NCBI GenBank assembly: GCA_040285855.1
Contig: JAUFOQ010000006.1
Span: 124,001 to 188,000, forward strand
Direction: 5' to 3'
Length of the DNA stretch: 64,000 nucleotides
From: Eukaryota sp. GEM-RC1
Taxonomy: Eukaryota
Part shown: one piece after another, positions 23,586-35,058 of the stretch
Numbering within the stretch: position 1 is the first letter of the stretch
How the letters are laid out: each line of letters starts with the position of its first letter
Program-made: the position numbers and the translations under genes
Notes under the pieces: generated by a model
Databases searched by the model: none
What the model was told of the DNA's origin: nothing
What the model saw: the letters and a program-made list of their open reading frames with translations, nothing else

Positions 23586-24410
23586 ATGAAGATTCTTGAC
23601 TTTAACGATAGAGTTTCGACGATCTTACTACAGAACAAGAGGTCACTTCTGCTGGAGCTCCGCATGTTGGAGAATGCCAACTTACTTCATCAACAGTCTA
23701 ACATCTACCTACATCCCAGCCAGAACTGTACATCCCAGAAATGTTCGGCGAAGAGTCTAAAGCAACTTTTTGATCTGCAAGCCGATCAAATATGCCTTTC
23801 CTGGGGAGATCTTTTGAGTTCCGGTCTCTGCTCGAACTTCCGCTCCAACCTCCAGTTTCTCTGTCAGATGCTGCAAGTATACTGTGATATACGGCACTGT
23901 CTGTTCTTTTTGAATTTGCGTATCACTGAAACTGGTCTTGAGGTTATTTTCCCTCAGTCCAACACAATCAAACGCGTCCTGTCCAGCTCTGCTAGGATCA
24001 ACAAATGTTCCAACAACGCCTCTTCATCTGCGAGTATAGTACTCAATTTGGGTGAACATTCTCAGTCTCTTTCGTCTGTTTTGCGGTCCTTGTTCTTTAC
24101 GGAACTCACTGTGCTCGTGTTGTCCCTGTTTGGTCTCTTTACCACCAAGGACCAGCTCCAGTTCTCCTTCTGTGACGATGGCACTGTCCAAATTTCCTGC
24201 CCTAATTTGTGCTTTACTTGTGCACAATTGTCCTCGGTATTGCTGTCCCTTGCGCTGCACACTGGTCTTAAATTTCCCTCATTGAACACAGAACGAATTG
24301 GTACTACTTTTTGGACTCATGATTGTTCTTTTGAGCAATTCGCCGCACTAGTGACTGATACACTGCAGAAACTGCGAGCAAAGGTGACCATGCGCTCGTT
24401 ATTTAGCTAA
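23586..24410 (+). CDS. Hypothetical protein, 274 aa, Leu/Cys/Ser-rich
   Basis: Uninterrupted ATG-TAA ORF, more GC-rich than its flanks; no motif recognised. Confidence 0.55.
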   Translation: MKILDFNDRVSTILLQNKRSLLLELRMLENANLLHQQSNIYLHPSQNCTSQKCSAKSLKQLFDLQADQICLSWGDLLSSGLCSNFRSNLQFLCQMLQVYCDIRHCLFFLNLRITETGLEVIFPQSNTIKRVLSSSARINKCSNNASSSASIVLNLGEHSQSLSSVLRSLFFTELTVLVLSLFGLFTTKDQLQFSFCDDGTVQISCPNLCFTCAQLSSVLLSLALHTGLKFPSLNTERIGTTFWTHDCSFEQFAALVTDTLQKLRAKVTMRSLFS

Positions 24411-25558
24411 CCCGGAGCTCTTTTTTTGTATTTAGTGTAGTTTTCGTTAGGTAAATATATATGTACAGTATATGTATTTTAATTCGTCGTGTTCTCTAAT
24501 CTTCTGGATTTTCCAAATATCCGCTTTCTGTGTGTCCAATTATTGTCAAATGAACCTAGACTGGTATTCGCAATTTTAGAAACCCCCAAAGACTACAATA
24601 TGACACAAAACTTTCGGAGTGACCTCTGACAACAACAACGATACTAAAAGCATTACCAAGCGTCAAACAAAGTTATACTGTAGAGGAAATACGCGTTAAT
24701 AGTTGTTAGTTCAACTGTAAAGGAACATGTTAACAGATTTCCTGCATTTGAAATCTACATCTGGATTTAGAAAGGTGGTCAATTGTTATGATATATGAAA
24801 TGGAGAACACATCGATTAGGGAAGAGAAGAACACATCCCTAGAACTCAGAAACACAGATGATGTACAATTGTTGAGATAGAAACCAATTCAGCCGACATG
24901 AAACAGTAAAGAAATCTTCCAGAACCCAAGAATGAATCTCGAGAACAAGGTCAAAACATCTGAAACATGACACGAATCTTCATCATTGGCCATGGTGTTG
25001 TCTTAGTTTGAAAAGACAAATGAACGTATTACCTATAGAAATAATCCTGATAGAGTAAAGTCGCTCTATGGAAGAAAGGAAAAGGTTGAGGAAAAGGAAA
25101 GGAAGTGAAATATTCAACTCCTAACCTGCGTGCTGCTGCATTTTCTCAATTGATTTGATTCAATGTAGTCCTCATCATGAGGACGTAGTTGTAATATGTA
25201 TTGCAGAACATTCTTGGTGATGATAAATTGGATTCATCTGAGAATCGAATCTGATGACACTTCCAATATAAACTTCTGCAAAATAAGGGCCCAAACAAAG
25301 TGAAGGTTTTTCACACACATACCAATATTTTAACAACATTCATAATCACCAAATTTCTGTGGCCTGTTTAAGTTCAGTATTTAATTTGGAATTGATAGCT
25401 CTACAATGTAAACACACTTTCTGCAGTATAATTATAACAATTGTCAATAAACCTGGAGTTATCCCAAAATCAACTCAACAAGGGGATAACAGTGTGTCTT
25501 AAACCAAACTGAACGTATGTGTTACAAAACCAAGACAGATTTTTATAGATTCAACTCA

Positions 25559-26012
25559 CTATTCAATTTGAAGACGCTTGCGAGAACCTCCAGATTCAGA
25601 TTTTGGAATGCTCACCCTAAGAAGACCATGCTCCATCTTGCAGCGGATCTTGGAGGGGTCTAAATGTTAGTTATCAAAGAAACGACATACCTGAATTTGC
25701 CGGCAATGTGAATCTGCGTGCCACTTTTGAAACTTCTCTCTCACGGAAGACTGTTCTTCTTCCAGGACGTTCTTCTTCCTGAGCATGCTGGCCTGAAATT
25801 ACCAAGTCATGACCATCAATTTCGATGTTCAATTCTTCTTTGCGAAATCCTGGTGCTTCCATCTAAAGATTAGTTATCTCCAATGAACAAACCTCCAACT
25901 CCCATCCATTGTCAGTTTCATGGATGTCTGTGGAGAATCGAGATCTGATTCTAGTTGTCAAGGGTTCAATAACGTTATCTATTAATGGGTCAAAGAAAGG
26001 ACGGATAGACAT
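25559..26012 (-). CDS. Small heat shock protein (HSP20/alpha-crystallin), two introns
   Basis: TDIHET..LEMEAPGFRKEELNIEIDG..LVISG..RRFTLP..GLLRVSIPK..IE after removing introns 25863-25892 (30 nt) and 25660-25690 (31 nt). Confidence 0.92.
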
Positions 26013-26510
26013 GATGACAGAATATTGACTACAGATGAAACCAAGTCGATACTTATACAGGTACTGTAGACATTTACGATGGATACAGATTGAATTTGTA
26101 CCCATAAGTCAACATTCCCATCGTCAGCGTAACACTGTCTCGTCCTTTAGAAAACTGAAAGAATTGCTTCATCACTGTTGTTCAGCATTGTAATTTTCAT
26201 CTAATACGCCAAAGTGACCTCATCCGTGAAGATAAGTGATCCCAATAAGGTTAAAAATATAAAATCAAATGACACAATGGACCACACGTCAGAGTAGACA
26301 GAGTTGGGTGAAGAATAAAGATTACAACAGAGTACAATGATCAAATCAACGTTATTAAGCATTAGGAAAACAGCTTTTAAACCCACATTAGGATGATGGA
26401 AAAGAGAATTCACGGGTAGCAACTCCTGAATGCACAAGGAAACTGAAAGAACAAATGCATATGGGAAACTATATGAAACCATTTTTGATTGGATCCTTTT
26501 TTTCAAAACA

Positions 26511-27279
26511 ATGAACCCCAAGCACGACATCCATTCAGACTTACACAGGGTTAACTCTCCCCCTTCTAACAATTCTTATCACACTAAACGTATATGGGGC
26601 TTTGCTGAACCAATTAGTTCTTGGATGCATTTCTTAGCTGCTATAGCATTCATACCACTTCTAATTAGACTGTATTTCCGCATTGTTGTTGACTGGCAAA
26701 CAGTTCTGTGCATTGTACTTTACAGCTTCTCTCTATTCTTCTGCTTGCTAATGTCTGGTGTATATCACATCTTATCTCCATATAGTATGGGTAGACTAGT
26801 TCTGAGACGTCTGGACCATTCTGCTATCTTCTGTCAGATTGCAGGTACTGTTACTGGGCTTCATGGAGTCATGTTCACCTCCTATGCCCGCTGGGTTCCT
26901 ATAATCATCCTTTGGACTATAGGAATCACAGGAATAGTGCTCAAGACAGTATTCTTTAAGAAAATCTCTGACCGTGTAGGTTTATGGCTGTACATTGGTA
27001 TGTCGCTTTATAATTCTTCTTACTTCAGGCATGGGCTGGATAGGTGTAGGGTCTTTTGTGATGATGTGGGTCACTTATCGTGATGTGACAGCTTCTCTGC
27101 TGCTGATAGGAGGAGGAGTATCCTATTCTTTGGGAGGAATTATAGATGGAGTCTTTGAGAAACAGTTTCGATGCATTGAAGGATTCTTCATGTCGCATGA
27201 ACTTTTTCATGTATTTGTTGTACTAGGTGCTTATTTACATTATGAACTGATTGTATATGGAACTTCATTGGTTGCTTGA
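26511..27279 (+). CDS. Hemolysin III / PAQR-family membrane protein, one intron
   Basis: EPISSWMH, SGVYH, RRLDHSAIF, YIGMGW (after intron 26998-27028, 31 nt), HELFHVFV; about 7 TM segments. Confidence 0.9.
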
Positions 27280-27347
27280 TGATATGTTACCAGTTTATAG
27301 TTTGGGATAGGTGAAGAAAAGGTTTAACTTAAACCGTTTAATTAATA

Positions 27348-28999
27348 TAAAAAAGTTTTATGTTATAAATTAACGAAATACAAACAACTAGTACTTAAAA
27401 GATATTAAATTATCCACATCTACTCTTGAACTACAACGATACAATTTGTCCAGAATACGATTCAAATACTTTGGGAAACTTCTATATAAGGAAAAAACAA
27501 TGCGATTGCGCCAAAGAAACTGATTACAATTTTTCCTATGGTCACGACACAACTTTGAAAAGGCACCAAAGAAATTTTCAGCAGCAATTCCAATATTACC
27601 AAGAATTGAAATAGCAAAAGGAATGAACTTAAAAGGAGAATACAAATTGGAATTCAGTTTGATCATTGTGTCAGAATATGTACTAATTTTTCTTTTTTCA
27701 GCTTTGGATAAATGATTTTCAGTATCACTCGAAACTGAATTCAAATATACTTTAGCACATGGATCAACAGTAGTAAAATCTATCACAGCTTGACAAGAAT
27801 CAAGATATGGAACAATGAGATCACCTCGCCGAGAATTGGTAATATTATCATCACTATAATGCTTAAGAAGAGGTTCGATTTTCCCATTAAACCCATGACA
27901 TTTAAACATTTCATACGTAACGTCACGAACAGCATTATGTAAAATCGATCTAAACTGAAGAAATTTTTTGCAACTAACAATGTGTCTGAAGTCAGCTTTT
28001 GGTCTCTTTTCACAACAACACATAGTATTAGCTAGCAATTCAGATGGAAACAGACCTAAGCGAAGATGCATGTTAAGTTTCCAAGCCTCATTATTGAGAT
28101 GAAGACCATAAGGTCTAGGCTGTTGAGTAATAAACGATGAACAGTTTTTTTAAATCCAAAAGAAAAGCAGCAAAGACGGGATTATTTACCTTAGTAACAC
28201 TAAGACGTTTAGAAAAATCCAAGTCTTCTAAGCCATGTAAAACACAATTTTGCAATTTTACCACAGATAAATGTAGAAACTCGATTGACCTATCAGGAAT
28301 AGAAGAGATTGACTTAGGAAAACACTGGTTCCAAATGTCAGCAGATAGGTTTTGAATGACAGAATCAAGAGGTCGTAACCACATAGAATTCTGCGCGATT
28401 ATTTGTGAAAACACATCACTAAATCTCAAACGGAATTCGAAAAGAAAATTTTTCAAACCAGCCAAGATATGCACTTTGACACAAATACTCCGCTCTAGAA
28501 AATCCAACACCACCAAAAGAAGCAGAAAAGAATGCATGATAAGGAAGTTTGGTTGAATCAGTTTCAACAAGATTGCCCAAAAATTTAGTTCTAATATCAT
28601 TGAATTTTTGAGCTACTTCCCTTGAAATATCAGGAGGTATAGATCTCAAAAAATGATTAATCTTTGAACTAAAACAAACTGAAAGCATCGAAAAAGCCAA
28701 ATGTTTTTCAATTTTTAAATCTTGAATTGACTGTAATTGGGATTGAAGCTTGTTCAAAGAATTATACAAACTGTCTAAAATTTTACCTCGATTACCAATG
28801 TAGGTCCCCAAAAATTTGATAGACTCAACAGAATAGTTGGTAAACTGTATAACTTCATTACCGTATATAATTTTAGCCTTTTCTTTTCCAATCAAGAAAC
28901 ACTTACTCAATTTGATCTCCAAACCAATGGATTTGGAAAGCTCAACAAACTCATCAAGACTCGATTGTAAAACACCTATAGGTCCAATCAATGAATAAT
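27348..28999 (-). mobile_element. 5'-truncated CRE-like non-LTR retrotransposon, second copy/subfamily
   Basis: Collinear with the 11972-14091 element from just after YxDD: KFLGTYIG, KINHFLR, CCC..HIVSC, HNAVRD, RRGDL, DFTTVDP, FIPFAISILGNIG. 12-bp direct repeat GTTTAATTAATA at 27336-27347 and 29000-29011. Confidence 0.88.
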
Positions 29000-29150
29000 G
29001 TTTAATTAATAGAATTATTTCTTCCTCTAAAGTGGCTTTCTCTTGCCTTACTTGTATTCAAATATTTTCTAAATCATTACTATTGTTATTGATACTATTC
29101 CTGAAAGATATATGCGTGTAGATACATTTATTTGGAAAATAACTTTTTCA

Positions 29151-31721
29151 CTAAAAATCGTCAGACTCAGGATCATACACGTCACCGTATCTAAACAATC
29201 CCAAATGACGATCAATTGCACGATTAGCTGCTTGCCTAAACTTGTCAAACAATGATGAATCATCACCTTTACGAGAAGGAATTACCAAACCATCAAACAC
29301 GAGATCTAAATTGATAGAGTTACCAGCAGAGTTCGTCAAAAACACTCTAGGAACCCCATCAGCATCTATAGAAGTTATCTTGGCGAACACCAAATCCTCG
29401 CTTTCATTGGCAAAACGCTCAAACATCGTCATTCCGTCTTCATAGTATAGAACTTCAGATTCAGGTGGAGGAGCAACATAGGAGAGTCTAAACTTCTTGG
29501 CCAAAACTGGCTCAACAGAAGGAAGAAGAGAATTGGGCATGGCAACAACTCTTTTAATTGGAACTTTCTGTGTAAAACCAGTATCTATCAGGAAGGCATC
29601 AACTACACCAGCAGCAACAGAGACAACCTTTGCTCTATACCAGACATCGTTCTCTACAGAATGAAGAAGTACATAAGCTCCTTTCTTGGGAGGACTTGTT
29701 AAAGGAGTAGACTCTAGAACAGTTTGGACAATTGTCTTGTTGGCTTTTTCAGATAGTTGTTCCTTGGAAGCGTAGAACTCTACTGGGGAGACGATGGATC
29801 CCAAAAAGAGCTCAAACTCGTCACCAATCGTTTCTGATTGCAATTCAACGACTTCTTCTTTCAAAACACCTGCTCTCCAACGGCCAACCCTTTCCTTTCT
29901 GGCTTTATCCTCAGCTTCTTGAGACTTTCTAATAAACGCATTATCCAAGTCTTTTGTAACAAAGACGGCGGCCAGTCCTTCAGCCAGCAGTTTTAGACTC
30001 CAATTAACATCTCCAATAAACAAATGTCCAATGAATGAACCCCTTTTATCAGCAGTAATCACTTTGATTGTAACATCACGATTAAGGAGCTCATCCACAG
30101 CAACGGCGATTGCTTTGGAGTTGATAGTTTCCGGTTCTTTTGAGATGGGAGAAACACCAGCCAAGTTCATTGAGATCAAACAACTGGCCTTTGGCACCAA
30201 CAATTTAAACCGTCCTCCATTCAATACCTTCTCAACAATAGCAGGGACTTTGTCCATCCTTTGTAGCAACGACAGAGTACCTCTAACATCAGAAGGAGCA
30301 GAAACGCCAGACTTTTGAGTTGGAGCTGAAAAAGTTAGATCTTGGTATAGGAACCTTGGTTGTTGATCTACTGGCATGAAGACTCCTTTCTTCTCTTTCT
30401 GGGCAGCATTCTCTACAGCCAAGAGTTCGTCAATGTAACGAGAGCGTTCTTCTGTGTTCTTGGTTTTAACGACAGAAGCAAGACCTTCTTGAACGAGGTC
30501 AACAGCAATGGAGTGTCCATTGAAGAGGACGTCAACATATTCACGATCTTCTACAGCATAGCAGAGTGACACGTCGACAGTTTGACCTATATAACGTTTT
30601 CTCAAGAATTCTCGTGACTCGAATGAGAGGGAATCAGGACGACGTGTTTTAGTTCCCACACGGGGAGCTCTAACAGAAGCTAAAAAGACACGACGATCAA
30701 CTGAACTTGTACGAACAGTTAAACAGTCACCACTGAAAACTTCAATGATTTTACCAGAAGCACTTGAAGACTTCTTAACGAAATTCTGTGGAGGGACAAA
30801 ATCTGCCCAGATATTGAGTCTTCCATGTTTTGCTGATTGTTCTGCTTCTCTTAAAGAAGGAGCTGTAGTTGGAGTGAAAAGGAGATGATGTTCATTGAGC
30901 TTAGCTAGGCCACTTTTCAAGAGTAAACATTGGAGGTCTCCTTGTTCAGCACGAATACTTCCCACCCAACAGTTTCTCTTATCATCAAACTGATGTATTT
31001 CTATAGGAACTTCTCGATGTAAAAGACGACTCTCTACGAAGAACTTTGCTTGTTCTGCAAAAGGATCTGGAACTGATTGACCCTCTTCATTCTTTCTGAA
31101 GCCAGGACATTGGATTCCAGCAAGAGAGACAGAGATACAGAGCATTGGACGACGATCAGTGATAATGATCCTGATGAAAGAACCTGTAATGACGTGATCA
31201 ACAAGACACTTTTGAGCTGTTGATGTAATGTGTTTGGTGATAGGTTGAGGTGTTGGGTCAGTAATCAGTTCTTCTTCTTCCTTTACCACAAGCACTTTAC
31301 TTTCATCAGATGCCCAAAGACCTAGATTGTGCTGTTGAGCATGTGACTGAGCTTCCAAAAGTTCAGAGTAGGATTCGGATGGTTGTTGATTAGGAGGAAG
31401 TTCTTTAACTTTGGCCCATCCGTTCTTAACAACGTGTAAAGCGACAGAGGGGATAGAAGGAGTGATGAGATCTCCAAAGGCACGACCCGATGGAGCTGTA
31501 GAGTAGATCGAAAATTTGACCGATTTCCCGATCAGAAAGGTACGAAGAAATTCACGAGACAGGAATCCGTAAGGTTCAGAAGATCCCCTGGTTGTGAATC
31601 TAGGAGCAGAAATGTTTGCAAGAGTGAACGGCTTAGTAGGAGGTTTCTGTCCTGGTTGGGGCTGGCCCAAGAGAGTGACAGAATCGCCAGATTGAACAGC
31701 AAAGACAGTTGCAACAGACAT
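29151..31721 (-). CDS. SND1: Tudor staphylococcal nuclease (Tudor-SN/SND1)
   Basis: Four SN repeats (VQSGDS..EPYGFLSREFLR; FAEQAKFFVESRLLHRE; VFSGD..ESREFLRK; VEKVLNGGRFK) plus Tudor domain (DVWYRAKV..IDTG). Confidence 0.93.
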   Translation of the reverse strand: MSVATVFAVQSGDSVTLLGQPQPGQKPPTKPFTLANISAPRFTTRGSSEPYGFLSREFLRTFLIGKSVKFSIYSTAPSGRAFGDLITPSIPSVALHVVKNGWAKVKELPPNQQPSESYSELLEAQSHAQQHNLGLWASDESKVLVVKEEEELITDPTPQPITKHITSTAQKCLVDHVITGSFIRIIITDRRPMLCISVSLAGIQCPGFRKNEEGQSVPDPFAEQAKFFVESRLLHREVPIEIHQFDDKRNCWVGSIRAEQGDLQCLLLKSGLAKLNEHHLLFTPTTAPSLREAEQSAKHGRLNIWADFVPPQNFVKKSSSASGKIIEVFSGDCLTVRTSSVDRRVFLASVRAPRVGTKTRRPDSLSFESREFLRKRYIGQTVDVSLCYAVEDREYVDVLFNGHSIAVDLVQEGLASVVKTKNTEERSRYIDELLAVENAAQKEKKGVFMPVDQQPRFLYQDLTFSAPTQKSGVSAPSDVRGTLSLLQRMDKVPAIVEKVLNGGRFKLLVPKASCLISMNLAGVSPISKEPETINSKAIAVAVDELLNRDVTIKVITADKRGSFIGHLFIGDVNWSLKLLAEGLAAVFVTKDLDNAFIRKSQEAEDKARKERVGRWRAGVLKEEVVELQSETIGDEFELFLGSIVSPVEFYASKEQLSEKANKTIVQTVLESTPLTSPPKKGAYVLLHSVENDVWYRAKVVSVAAGVVDAFLIDTGFTQKVPIKRVVAMPNSLLPSVEPVLAKKFRLSYVAPPPESEVLYYEDGMTMFERFANESEDLVFAKITSIDADGVPRVFLTNSAGNSINLDLVFDGLVIPSRKGDDSSLFDKFRQAANRAIDRHLGLFRYGDVYDPESDDF

Positions 31722-31799
31722 TAGTTGATGTTTGTAAATTGAACTTGCACTTGTCACATGTACAGTATCGATACATGTAGTTGTTACATTGTACTTGTA

Positions 31800-32260
31800 T
31801 GTCGTCAGTCCTAATACAAGCAACCCTTTAATATGCTTGTATTGGGACCCCGTGGATCTGTCGCTTGTATAATCAAAGAATATTCAAGATAAGGGCACCA
31901 ACATTGGACTGGATAATAGCCTAGTCGATCATACATATCTATATACAACACATCAATAATATCTTAGTCAATGGTTTTCGATAGTCTCATTAATTATAAC
32001 CATCTTGCATCAAAACTCTTCGTTGAGGCTATAGAATAAATTTAATTACATGTACTGTAAAATTTTACACACTACATTTCATCATTGTTTTCAAGACCAT
32101 TATTTACTGAAGCATTAATGAACTGTGCTTCAGGAGTTCTAATTTTTTAAAATATATTATGATGACTAATGTCATTTGTAGTATTTGAAATTTATATGTG
32201 AGTCTTTAAGGGAAACAATACAAGCAGAACCTCTCATATGCTTGTATTAGGACCTCGACA
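31800..32260. mobile_element. Probable MITE with double-hairpin ends
   Basis: Left hairpin gtcctaatacaagca..tgcttgtattgggac (31808-31848), right hairpin aatacaagca..tgcttgtattaggac (32217-32253); the outer arms are inverted relative to each other; TSD unclear. Confidence 0.55.
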
Positions 32261-32537
32261 ATATGTGTTTGTACAATCCGATGAAACAGATTCAAATCGA
32301 CCATCACTATCTGAATCATTCATCCACAAATTCGGCATTGTACCAAGTAGTAAAACCTCTTTGGAGTTCTTACTTAAGTGTTTGTAATATCCCTGCCATA
32401 TGATGTTTAGTATATACGACGCTAAGATACAGGTGGATTGTAGAAGTACAAACTGAAACTGGTGATGACACATCATGAATCATCAAAATTGGAAATCTGA
32501 AATCTCTCTTTTTCCCCTTTTCCATTCTTCTTTTCCA

Positions 32538-33755
32538 ATGGGTACTGATTATTACGAACTCTTAGGTGTCGAGCGCTCTGCAACTGAAAAGGAAATAGGT
32601 AAAGCCTACCGCAAACTTGCTCTCAAATATCATCCTGATAGAAACCAAGGAAATCCTGAAGCTTCTGAGAAATTCAAAGAAATATCCAACGCCTATGACG
32701 TCCTCAGCAACGCCGAAAAACGTCAAATCTATGACCAGTACGGTGAAGAAGGTTTATCAGGAGGTGGTATGGGTGGAGGTAATCCATTCGACATCTTTGA
32801 GTCAATGTTTGGAGGAATGGGTGGTATGGGAGGAATGGGTGGTCGCGGTCGCCGACAACGTTCCACAGCTGAGGATATTGTTCATGAAATGTCTGTTTCC
32901 CTTGAAGATTTGTACAATAGCAAAACCAAACGTATCCGTGTTACCCGAGCACGTAAATGTGATACATGCACCGGAACTGGATCCAAATCTGGTTCAGGCA
33001 GAAAGACCTGTACCCAGTGTGGTGGTCAAGGACGTGTTATGAAGACCATCCAATCTGGTTTTATGATTCAACAGACAATTGTTCCCTGTGATAATTGTAA
33101 TGGAAAGGGAGAACAAGTTAAGGATCCATGTGGAACCTGTCGCGGTTCTGGAACTACAAAGGAACAGAAAACACTAGAAGTCTTCATTGGAAAAGGCATG
33201 AAGTCCGGTTCCAAGGTTCCCTTCCGTGGGGAAGGAAATGAAGCTCCTGGCCTTTCACCTGGTGATGTCATTGTTGTTCTCCGTGAAAAGGAACATCCTC
33301 TCTTCAAACGTGAAGGTCCCAATCTCGTGCTCAATAAGAAGATTCCCCTAATCGATGCTCTCACTGGCGTTGGCTTCATCATTACGCATCTTGATGGTCG
33401 TAAAATACTCATCTCTTCTCAACCTAATGAAATAATATCCCCAGGAACTGTCAAGACTGTCATTGGTGAAGGAATGCCTTTTAAAGACTCTCCTTTCTCT
33501 AAGGGTAATCTGTACATCAAGTTCGATGTTGAGTTCCCTAAATCTCACTCGTTTAGAGAATCTGATATGAAAGTTTTGGAGAAGATACTTCCTGGAAAGG
33601 TTATGCCTAAACCTGCTGATGTGGAAGCAGCAGAACATCATGTTTTAGCTCCATTTGATGAACGTTCAGTGCCAAAAGAACATGCCAGCTCGTCAGCATA
33701 TGATTCTGATGACGAAACGCAGGGTGGTCAACGTGTAGGATGTTCATCTCAATAG
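32538..33755 (+). CDS. DNAJA: Type I Hsp40 / DnaJA (Ydj1-like)
   Basis: J domain with HPD, G/F region, four CxxCxGxG repeats, C-terminal CaaX-like CSSQ. Confidence 0.95.
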   Translation: MGTDYYELLGVERSATEKEIGKAYRKLALKYHPDRNQGNPEASEKFKEISNAYDVLSNAEKRQIYDQYGEEGLSGGGMGGGNPFDIFESMFGGMGGMGGMGGRGRRQRSTAEDIVHEMSVSLEDLYNSKTKRIRVTRARKCDTCTGTGSKSGSGRKTCTQCGGQGRVMKTIQSGFMIQQTIVPCDNCNGKGEQVKDPCGTCRGSGTTKEQKTLEVFIGKGMKSGSKVPFRGEGNEAPGLSPGDVIVVLREKEHPLFKREGPNLVLNKKIPLIDALTGVGFIITHLDGRKILISSQPNEIISPGTVKTVIGEGMPFKDSPFSKGNLYIKFDVEFPKSHSFRESDMKVLEKILPGKVMPKPADVEAAEHHVLAPFDERSVPKEHASSSAYDSDDETQGGQRVGCSSQ

Positions 33756-33964
33756 TTCGACTCAAATTTATTTTTTTGGTTTAATAATAGACACATTTTC
33801 ATTAAAATCGTTTATCGCTATCATTTTACCTATAAATGGAGAAGTTATGAAGGAAATACGGGAGTTTCAGCTCTCGTTAAGGTATTAACAAAAAAAAATA
33901 ACAACAAAACGACCACTAGTGGTAGGACCGTTGTTGGGAACACTGTACATTTGTAATATCATGG

Positions 33965-34498
33965 TTACACAAGAGCCTTTAATTCTGATCTGTTGGAATA
34001 CTTCTTTTCCAGTTTTGGTTTTCTGCCCTTAAAGAGTGGTAGTTTAGGTGTAACAAAGTTCCCTGCGAGAATGCCATCAACACAAGATATGAAATCCTTT
34101 TTCTCATTCAAAAACCATCCATCTGCAGAAAAAGTTAGGTGTTTTGTTGGTAGAGAATCGAAGTGAAGAAGAATTTTGTAACTGCGAGACTGTCGCAACA
34201 GCAATGACTTTCGAGAAAACACTTCAAGAGAGCATCCTCGAAAGCGGTCTAATGGATATTGGTCAACAAATTGATAGCAAAAGAAGAGACGACGGATGCG
34301 AATCAGTTGATTGGAATCATAGTCGAAAAGTAGACTACTTGTCCCACTTGCTGAGAAGAGAACTAGACCAGCAAAGAAGAAAAGAACATCAACTAATACA
34401 AAGCCAAAGAGAGAGCGTATAAATATAGCTAGAAAGACACATAGAGATCCAGATGAAAGCAAGCTGATAAAATTGCCTTTCAAAGTGATAGACAACAT
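33965..34498 (-). CDS. Hypothetical two-TM membrane protein
   Basis: 177-aa ORF with an N-terminal hydrophobic hairpin; start uncertain (may extend to ~34559). Confidence 0.5.
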   Translation of the reverse strand: MLSITLKGNFISLLSSGSLCVFLAIFIRSLFGFVLVDVLFFFAGLVLFSASGTSSLLFDYDSNQLIRIRRLFFCYQFVDQYPLDRFRGCSLEVFSRKSLLLRQSRSYKILLHFDSLPTKHLTFSADGWFLNEKKDFISCVDGILAGNFVTPKLPLFKGRKPKLEKKYSNRSELKALV

Positions 34499-34875
34499 AT
34501 ACAGACCAAAGAGTCGAGAATTTGGGATTTTTGATTCGAGATGCCTGCTTTAAAGACATCAATCTGTTTTAGAACACACAATATTGTCGCCGACCGTTTG
34601 TCGTTTTATAAACTGCAGATAACTAAACTGTTAATACTGCAGGTTATTATTGTATTCATAAGACTTTTATCAAGTCATCTAGGTGTACAGTATATTTTAT
34701 TTTGACCAGCAATTTCCCGTGTCTAGTGGTCATAGCTCTTATTTTGAAGCGCATTTTGCCCCCTTCATCTCGAATCTTACTTTCAATCTAGATGTATGTG
34801 TCAATTTTTGCTTCCATGCGTCTGAACGTGTTTTTGAACACTTCAGATAAATATCAGTTAATGCAATGAATAGTA

Positions 34876-34987
34876 CTCTAATTAACCTAATACTAGCCCT
34901 GCCCTATTACTAGCCCTTCCCTAATACAAGCCCAGGCGGGGTAGGCTAGTAACGGTTTTGCGCAGGCTAGTATTAGGTAAATTAGAG
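34876..34987. mobile_element. 112-bp palindromic Tc1/mariner (pogo/Tc2)-type MITE
   Basis: TIR ctctaattaacctaatactagcc / ggctagtattaggtaaattagag (22/23), TA on both sides (34874-75, 34988-89), internal ctaatac(t/a)agcc repeats. Confidence 0.75.
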
Positions 34988-35058
34988 TACTTGTAATAGT
35001 TTATTGAATCGACTCAGAAACTTTTGACTAAGGAATTTACACTTGAGCATCTTTGAAA

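Noticed and set aside
26201..26572. Hydrophobic 123-aa minus-strand ORF
   Set aside because: Overlaps the HlyIII start and has no recognisable motif; cannot be supported as a gene.
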